From a bacterium (GTDB taxonomy: Bacteria; Krumholzibacteriota; Krumholzibacteriia; JACNKJ01), in contig VGXI01000002.1 in NCBI GenBank assembly GCA_016873475.1, positions 1 to 60,847 of the forward strand: 60,847 nucleotides of DNA, read 5' to 3'. The notes below the pieces were generated by a model. That model did not search any database. It was not told where the DNA came from and was given only the letters and a program-made list of their open reading frames with translations. Shown in pieces: positions 55,073-60,847 of this stretch. Position 1 is the first letter of the stretch. Each line of letters starts with the position of its first letter. Position numbers and translations under genes: made by a program.

Positions 55073-58000
55073 TCACTTGAGCAAGGTCAGCTTCTTCGTC
55101 TCGCTGGCTCTGCCCACCTTCAGGCGCGCGAAGTAGATGCCGCTGGGCAGCTCGCTGCCCGCCTCGTCGCGGCCGTCCCACTTGTGCAGGTAAGTGCCGG
55201 GCGCCAGGCTGCCCGCGGTGAGGCTCCGCAGCCGGCGGCCGCGCAGGTCGTAGATCTCCAGACGCACGTCCTGTGCGCTGGCGCCGCCCACCGTGAAGCG
55301 GATGTTCGTGCTCGGGTTGAAGGGGTTCGGCCAGTTGTCGTCGAGGCGGAAAACGCGGCCCGCCGGCAGCGGGTCCTCATCATCCACCCCGACCACCCAG
55401 TCGATCGTGCTCGGGTTGCCCGTCCGGTGGAAGTCGTGCATGTAGGTGTACCAGGGCATCATCGCGGGATCGTAGGCCGTCGGGAATTCCCAGATGTAGA
55501 CGTTGCGGTCCCATCCGACGAAGACCATGTCGAGCAGGCCGTCCTCATCCACGTCGAGCAGGCTGGCCGCGGAGCGGGCATACTCGCTGGTCACGAGCGG
55601 GAAGCCGTCCACCGGCGTGCCGTCGTGGTGCCAGGCGTCGATCTTGCCGTTCTCGTGCGGCAGGACGACCTCGAAGTCGCCATCGCCGTCCAGGTCACCG
55701 ACGGTGGCGCCGGCCTGGCTGTGGTCGATGATGAGCTGTGGCCAACCTGGCAGCCAGGCGCCGCTGTCGTTGAGCCAGCCGAGGGTGGTCTCGTGGTCGG
55801 AGGTCACACCGACGGCGAAGATCTCAGGCACGCCATCGCCGGTAATGTCAGCGAGTGCCGGGCTGGGACACTTGATGGCGGTATTGTGGTTGATGAAGTG
55901 CCTGGGCCAGCCTGTCAAACGGCTGCCAGTATGGTTGTAGACGTAGAGCGAGTCGTTCTCGGCGGCGACGACGATCTCGATGAAGCCGTCGTCGTCGATG
56001 TCGCCAAGCGCAGGGCTGCTGAAGATGGCCGACATGCCGGTCTTCGGGAAGCCCGGCAGGTTCGCGCCGCTCCCCTGGTAGCCGCGGAGCTGGCCACCGG
56101 AGGTCGGCAGGAAGATCTCGCTGTCGCCGTCGCCGTCGATGTCCGCGAGGCCGGTCGTCGAGCGCGTCCAGTTGCCGATGCCGGACTTCGGGAAGCCGGC
56201 GACGACGCTGCCATCGCCGTTCCAGGCGTTCAGGTAGCCCCCGACGTCGGTGACGAGGATCTCCAGGCGGCGGTCGCCGTCGATATCCGCCAGCGCGGGT
56301 GCGGCCCAGATGCCGTAGCCGTTCGGGTTGGCGATCTGCTTGGGCCAACCGGGCACGAGTTGCGCCTGGATGCCGCCCGGGCCGTCGGAGAATTCCCAGA
56401 CGATGATCTGGCCCGTGTCCCAGCTGCCGGCGACCAGCTCGATGCCGGGGCTGTCCGTGAGATCGGCCGCCGCGAGCGGGCAGTTCCGGAAATTCGAGCC
56501 CAGGCTGCTGATCACACCGTGGGTGAGCGGGTTGTTGTCGCCGTCGCTCAGCTCGGTCCCGTCGAGCTTGAAGCCGTAGACCTTGTCCGCGGCGACGAAG
56601 ATCTCGTTCACACCGTCGCCGTTGAAGTCGCCGACGATCGGCGTGCTCGCCGTCTCCATGGCAACCGTCTGCGGCCAGCCTTCACGCAGGGGAAGCTGCG
56701 TCGTTACCTTGCTGGAGTCCGAGAGCGCGCCGGTCAGGCCCGCGGCCGAAAGCGGCTGGATCCGGTACCAGTAGCTCATGAAGGGCGGCAGGCCGGCGTC
56801 CTCGTAGGTCGCGTTCTCGACCCATTCTGTCGAGATGAGCTGATAGGGCCCCGCGGCCTGCTCGGCGCGGAAGACCCGATAGCCGGCCACGCCCGTCACG
56901 AGGCCCGGCTCCCAGTTCAGCCGAAGGCGCGTGGGATCCGCGCCGAAAGCGTAATTCGGCGGCCAGGGGTCGCCCTGCGGGCGCTCGAGCAGCAGGGTGA
57001 GGCTGTCCAGGTGCCCGTAGGCGTCGCTGAGTACGACGAGCAGCGCGGGCGGGTTGCTGCCGGTGCGCGTCACGTTGAAAACGGCCGGGCCCAGGTTGCT
57101 CGACAGCGCGGGCAGGGTGCCGAGCGCGAGCGCGCCGGTGTTGATGGTCAGGCTGCTACCGGCCGTGGCGAAGGCCTCGGCCTGCACGGCGATCGCATCG
57201 CCGCGGCCCCAGTTGCTGAGGGAGAGCGCGAAGTCGGCGCTCTCGCCGTCCTCGATCTCGCCGTCGCCGTCGCCGCCGGCGGCATCGTCGAGCGTGCTGG
57301 CATGCAAGCCGAGCGCCGCTGCCGCGGCCTCGAGGAAGAAGTCCTCGTTGAAAGCGCCCTGGCCGGTGCTGAGAGCGAGAGCGAAGGGCAGGATCTCGTC
57401 GTCGACTGCCGTATCGAGCACCCGGATGAGATAGGGGTTCGTCCCCGAGGCGCTCGCGCCCTGCGCGATGTTCCCGTAGCTGTCCGTGCCGTCGAGGATC
57501 GTCAGGTGGGGAGAGCTGGTGGTCAAGGTTCCGGCCACTGCAGTCGCCGAGGCCGTGCCGCCGTTGGTGAGCGTGAGCGTGAGCTGCACCGTCTCGCCGC
57601 GCTCGGGCAGGCCGTTGCCGTTGCCGACCACGCTGCCACCGCTCGTGTCGTTGACGGTCACCGCGGCGATGTAGGGGCGCGGCGCCGCCACCGGCGCCGT
57701 GACGCTGAACATCCCCGTGTAGGGGCGGCAGTCGCGGGCCTCGGCATTGACGTGGTAGGTGCCCACCGTCTCTGCCTTGAGATTGAAGCTCACCTGGCCG
57801 CTGCCGTTGGTGGTGGCCCACTGATAGTCCTCGTCGCCCTTGCGCAGGGTGACCTTGGCGCCGGCGAGCGGGATGCCGAAGCCCTTGGTGACCGTGAAGC
57901 TGAGCGGTCCGCTGCCGAGGGCGAAGTTCACGGGCAGGTTGGTCTGCAGGGTGCCCGCGGCTGCGTAGTGCAGCCAGTTGCTCGGGTCGGCCAGCAGCGT

Positions 58001-59788
58001 GAAGGTGGAGTGCGCCCAGCGGTGGCCGCTGTCGATGAGAGTCTCGCCGTTGTAGTAAGCGAGGCTCGCCGTGTAGAGATCGCCCAGGCGCAGCGAGGGG
58101 TTGTAGCGGACCAAGCCGAAGAAGATGTCCATGTACAGGGCGCTGATGTTGGCAAAGGTCTCGCGGGTCGAGCCGATCACCGCCCAGGCGCCGCCGTTCG
58201 GGTTCTTGACGAAGGCCTCGGCGATCGAGTTGTAGTCGAAGGCGGCCGCCGTGCAGTTGATCATGTAGAGCAGGAAGGTGCGGTTGCCGTTGTCGAGCTG
58301 GACGGCCATCGTGTTGTCGATGCTGCCGTTGCCCACGCGCATCGTCTGGCGCTCGCCGTGGCCGTTGTGCAGGACGATGCCGAAGCCGTTGGACATCGAA
58401 TCCAGGGCCGCCTGGACGGTCAGCGCCAGCGAGCCCGGGTAGACCGTGTAGTTCTCGTAGAGGCGCACGACCTGGTGCTGAGGCCCGGTGTACTTGACGT
58501 AGATCGACTCGCAGTACGCGGCGCCGTCGATGATGATGGTCTGGCCCGGCACCCAGTCGGTGGGAAAGAGCACTTCGCCCAGCATCAGGATGCGGTGCTG
58601 GTAGGGCGTCATGCCCGCGCCGTGGTAGGTGCCCTGCTTGCTGAGCAGCGTGCTGCACTCGCTGCGATTGCGCGCCGGCAAGCGGCCGGCGGTGATCTCG
58701 GCCAGCCAATCGGTGACATCGCCCGGATCGCTGACCAGGGTGTCCGCGGCTTCGGCCCAGCGCGCATCATGGTCGGCATTCCAGTCGCCATCCAGGCAGG
58801 CGTAGTACATGTCGGTGGGCGCCTCGGTCCCGCTACCGCCGAAGATCTCCGTGTAGGCGTAGCGCGGCGGGATGATGTTCGCATCACCAACCAGGAGCAG
58901 GTACTCCAGCGACCACTTCGCATAGGCGTCCTGGACGAAGCGGCGGATCATCTCGGCCGGATCGCTGCCCATCGGATAGTGCTCGGCGATCCATTCGAGG
59001 CTGCGCACCACGGTCGGCACGCCCTGGTTCGTGCGAGCCTGGGCGTAGGTCTCGCAGAGGTCGGCGAAGGAATCCGGCGTGACGATGACCATCGCGACCG
59101 TGGCGCCTTCGACGCCCGGCACCTCTGTCGGGAAGCCGCCGCCGCCGGCGGCGCGATCGCCGGGGCTCTCGGGCAATGCCTCGGGATTCAGCAGCAGATC
59201 GCCGAGGCGTGTCTCGAGACGATCGCGCAGCGGGAAGTCGGGGCGCTCCGGGCGCAGCAGGGACGCCGACTCGCCGCTCGCAGCGCTGATCAGGCGCAGG
59301 CGAGCATCCTTGAGGGCGACGAGCGCGCCGGCCGCGCTGCGGAAGGGAGTGAGGGTGATCGATTGCACGAGGCGTCCGTGCAGGCGCTGCGGCGCGCCCA
59401 GCTCGACGCGGTAGTCCGCGCTCCAGAGCGGGCCGCCACCGGTGGCGGGAGCGACGGTGCCTTCGCTGCCGATCAGCGGCAGTCGCAGGGCTTCGCGGGC
59501 GAGCGGGCCGACGCTCTCCTCGCGCGCGACGATCAGCTCGGCGGCGGCGAGGCGTTCGCCCTCGTCGAGCAGCCAGTACCAGGTGAGGGTCGGCGAGAGG
59601 CTGCGATCGGCGGCTGGGTCGGCGCAGACTTCGGCCAGCCAGCGGCCGGTCGGGCGCTCGGCATCCCAGGCGCTGTCCAGAGGCAGCGCACGTTCCACGA
59701 CGGCGGCTTGTGACGCCGGCGCCGTGAGCATGAGGGAGAGGAGAGTGAGGGAAAGCAGCAGGCAGCGGGTCAGCGGGCTGCGAGTCAT
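55073..59788 (-). CDS. Giant secreted protein: C25 (gingipain-like) cysteine peptidase domain, Ig-like region, FG-GAP/VCBS repeats and FlgD-Ig/T9SS-like C-terminal domain
   Basis: ORF 55073..59788 (1571 aa). Signal peptide MTRSPLTRCLLLSLTLLSLMLTAPASQA. C25 pattern VIVTPDSF..., YLLLVGDANIIPP, DMYYACLDGDWN, GRLPARN, catalytic His/Cys contexts VLHNGHG and MINCTAAAFD. Seven or more repeats of GDxDGDG type. C-terminus NWPNPFNPSTNIRF...IYDLRGR...WDGRD...LPSGIYFARL. Confidence 0.9.
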   Translation of the reverse strand: MTRSPLTRCLLLSLTLLSLMLTAPASQAAVVERALPLDSAWDAERPTGRWLAEVCADPAADRSLSPTLTWYWLLDEGERLAAAELIVAREESVGPLAREALRLPLIGSEGTVAPATGGGPLWSADYRVELGAPQRLHGRLVQSITLTPFRSAAGALVALKDARLRLISAASGESASLLRPERPDFPLRDRLETRLGDLLLNPEALPESPGDRAAGGGGFPTEVPGVEGATVAMVIVTPDSFADLCETYAQARTNQGVPTVVRSLEWIAEHYPMGSDPAEMIRRFVQDAYAKWSLEYLLLVGDANIIPPRYAYTEIFGGSGTEAPTDMYYACLDGDWNADHDARWAEAADTLVSDPGDVTDWLAEITAGRLPARNRSECSTLLSKQGTYHGAGMTPYQHRILMLGEVLFPTDWVPGQTIIIDGAAYCESIYVKYTGPQHQVVRLYENYTVYPGSLALTVQAALDSMSNGFGIVLHNGHGERQTMRVGNGSIDNTMAVQLDNGNRTFLLYMINCTAAAFDYNSIAEAFVKNPNGGAWAVIGSTRETFANISALYMDIFFGLVRYNPSLRLGDLYTASLAYYNGETLIDSGHRWAHSTFTLLADPSNWLHYAAAGTLQTNLPVNFALGSGPLSFTVTKGFGIPLAGAKVTLRKGDEDYQWATTNGSGQVSFNLKAETVGTYHVNAEARDCRPYTGMFSVTAPVAAPRPYIAAVTVNDTSGGSVVGNGNGLPERGETVQLTLTLTNGGTASATAVAGTLTTSSPHLTILDGTDSYGNIAQGASASGTNPYLIRVLDTAVDDEILPFALALSTGQGAFNEDFFLEAAAAALGLHASTLDDAAGGDGDGEIEDGESADFALSLSNWGRGDAIAVQAEAFATAGSSLTINTGALALGTLPALSSNLGPAVFNVTRTGSNPPALLVVLSDAYGHLDSLTLLLERPQGDPWPPNYAFGADPTRLRLNWEPGLVTGVAGYRVFRAEQAAGPYQLISTEWVENATYEDAGLPPFMSYWYRIQPLSAAGLTGALSDSSKVTTQLPLREGWPQTVAMETASTPIVGDFNGDGVNEIFVAADKVYGFKLDGTELSDGDNNPLTHGVISSLGSNFRNCPLAAADLTDSPGIELVAGSWDTGQIIVWEFSDGPGGIQAQLVPGWPKQIANPNGYGIWAAPALADIDGDRRLEILVTDVGGYLNAWNGDGSVVAGFPKSGIGNWTRSTTGLADIDGDGDSEIFLPTSGGQLRGYQGSGANLPGFPKTGMSAIFSSPALGDIDDDGFIEIVVAAENDSLYVYNHTGSRLTGWPRHFINHNTAIKCPSPALADITGDGVPEIFAVGVTSDHETTLGWLNDSGAWLPGWPQLIIDHSQAGATVGDLDGDGDFEVVLPHENGKIDAWHHDGTPVDGFPLVTSEYARSAASLLDVDEDGLLDMVFVGWDRNVYIWEFPTAYDPAMMPWYTYMHDFHRTGNPSTIDWVVGVDDEDPLPAGRVFRLDDNWPNPFNPSTNIRFTVGGASAQDVRLEIYDLRGRRLRSLTAGSLAPGTYLHKWDGRDEAGSELPSGIYFARLKVGRASETKKLTLLK

Positions 59789-60037
59789 TCGGTACGTCCT
59801 TGGGCGAAGCTCGTCGCGGGTTGAACCGTTTCGGCCTCGGGCGGCGACGCCCGGCCGCGTTCGACGCGAGGCTCCAGGGGGGCGCTGGCGCCTGCAGGGG
59901 TAGCGATCATTTTACCACAGGCGGTGGCGCTTCTGCTTGCCGGAAATTCTCGCCTTGAGCGTCCGCGGTAGGGACGGGAACGACGGGGAATCTGCCACCG
60001 TCAGGCGGCAGTATCGGAGCAATGGCTCCGGTATCTT

Positions 60038-60847
60038 CTACCTAAGCAGAAGCAGCTTACGGGATTCGCTGCGCTCGCCCAGCCGCGCACGGGCGAAGTA
60101 GACCCCGCTGGGCAGGCGCTCGCCGCCCGTGCCGCGGCCGTCCCAGTCCAGGCTCAGGCGCTCGCCGCCGCCGAGCCGCCCCTCGAAGAGCAGTGCCACG
60201 CGGCGGCCCTGCACGTCGTGAATGCTGAGCACCACCGGCAGCGTCTCGCTGCCGGCGGGCAGGCTGAGGGTGAAGCGCGTGCTCGGGTTGAAGGGATTGG
60301 GGAAGTTCTGCGCGAGTACGGGCGCCGCGGGCGCCGCGTCGGCGGGCAAGCCGGTGAGGTCCTCGTCGTAGCGCGTCTCCTCGTAGCTGAACAGCGCCTC
60401 GGCGAGGGCCGCGTTCGTGGCGCGGAACTGCACGAAGCGGTAGTTGTGCGGATGGGCGACGGCCGTGCCCACCGCCCCTGGCTGCCAGGGCTCCCACTCG
60501 ACCAACTTGAGGCCATCGAACCAGGCGCGGCCCTCGCCGCTGGCCGGCGGCGAGAGCGCGCAGCGGACCTCGAACCAGTCGCCCTCGGCGGGCGTGGCGA
60601 TGTCGGCCCACTGCAGGGTCCAGTCGCTGGTGCCGCCGAGCGCGGGGCCGAGGTCCTCGCTGGCGAGTGCGGTGCCCGCGTTCCGGTCGACATAGTAGCG
60701 CGCCTGCACGGAAGCGCCGCCTGCGTTCTCGGTCTTCAGCCAGCCGAGCAGGCTGTGCGCCTTGCCCGGGTCGCAGGGCAGGTGGCGCTCCTGGTCGCTG
60801 CTGGCCGCTGCTTGTCCGGCGTTGCGGCGCATCGCGAGGGAGCGCTG
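60038..60847 (-). CDS. Secreted protein with FlgD-Ig/T9SS-like C-terminal domain (3' part; the gene probably continues beyond the window)
   Basis: ORF 60038..60832, and the frame stays open to the window edge. C-terminus NFPNPFNPSTRFTL...IHDVQGRR...WDGRG...LPSGVYFARARLGERSESRKLLLLR. Confidence 0.8.
   Translation of the reverse strand, partial: QRSLAMRRNAGQAAASSDQERHLPCDPGKAHSLLGWLKTENAGGASVQARYYVDRNAGTALASEDLGPALGGTSDWTLQWADIATPAEGDWFEVRCALSPPASGEGRAWFDGLKLVEWEPWQPGAVGTAVAHPHNYRFVQFRATNAALAEALFSYEETRYDEDLTGLPADAAPAAPVLAQNFPNPFNPSTRFTLSLPAGSETLPVVLSIHDVQGRRVALLFEGRLGGGERLSLDWDGRGTGGERLPSGVYFARARLGERSESRKLLLLR

Noticed and set aside
55184-59713. 1509-aa plus-strand ORF
   Set aside because: It is antisense to the C25/FG-GAP gene, which has a signal peptide, domain motifs and the shared C-terminal module.
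59789-60037. Inverted repeat gcttctgctt (about 59931) / aagcagaagc (about 60044) and small hairpin cggagc-aatg-gctccg (about 60013-60028) between the two secreted-protein genes
   Set aside because: The 10-nt arms are about 100 nt apart and one lies inside the stop-codon region. The small hairpin has no T-run. This is not enough to call a terminator or mobile element.

Overview
This is a 60.8-kb, very G+C-rich bacterial chromosomal window; hand-counted 60-nt lines are mostly about 65-78% G+C. It is gene-dense, with roughly 57 protein genes on both strands. I found no rRNA, tRNA, CRISPR array, transposase or integrase. Because of the G+C content, most of the longest ORFs in the six-frame track are antisense or out-of-frame artefacts. 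I chose real genes by recognisable family motifs, ribosome-binding sites (RBS) and start/stop coupling.

Gene content in order:
- Partial class I fumarate hydratase, glnA, an HD hydrolase and a DUF4282 protein.
- A hom-asd-aspartokinase operon with an adjacent Lrp regulator.
- An ArsR-headed glycan operon: flippase, three glycosyltransferases, a methyltransferase and a 1146-aa M16-like protein.
- A beta-propeller protein, an OmpA lipoprotein, a decayed SDR gene and a PDZ protein.
- A histidine kinase and OmpR-type regulator running straight into an orphan DNA methyltransferase and five small unknown genes.
- HicAB.
- A lower-G+C membrane protein coupled to a 2-oxoacid:ferredoxin oxidoreductase (OFOR, korD-korA-korBC) plus membrane HdrD-like Fe-S operon.
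- A ParA-like ATPase, CopA, a PP2C phosphatase, an Rrf2 regulator, MoaB and MutY.
- A DUF4266-DUF3570-ApbE cluster.
- An S8 protease, leuS, msrA, a GNAT/O-antigen-ligase/aldolase operon, a thiolase and a MATE pump.
- A 1571-aa C25-peptidase/FG-GAP protein and a further partial secreted protein.

Most notable observations:
1. An unlisted 77-codon SelW/Rdx-type selenoprotein gene (37096-37329) has an in-frame TGA and a downstream hairpin.
2. A rod-like structured RNA candidate at 39.15-39.34 kb is bounded by a promoter and a terminator.
3. The DUF3570 protein next to ApbE carries a flavinylation-type DTLTGAS motif.
4. An eight-gene co-directional array links a two-component system, a DNA methyltransferase and unknown genes.
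5. A self-contained mini-gene encodes a 20-aa Lys-rich peptide.
6. Mirrored copies of a conserved-loop hairpin element sit behind two convergent genes.

The lineage looks like an uncultured high-GC phylum that uses FlgD-Ig/T9SS-like C-terminal domains. That is inference only.
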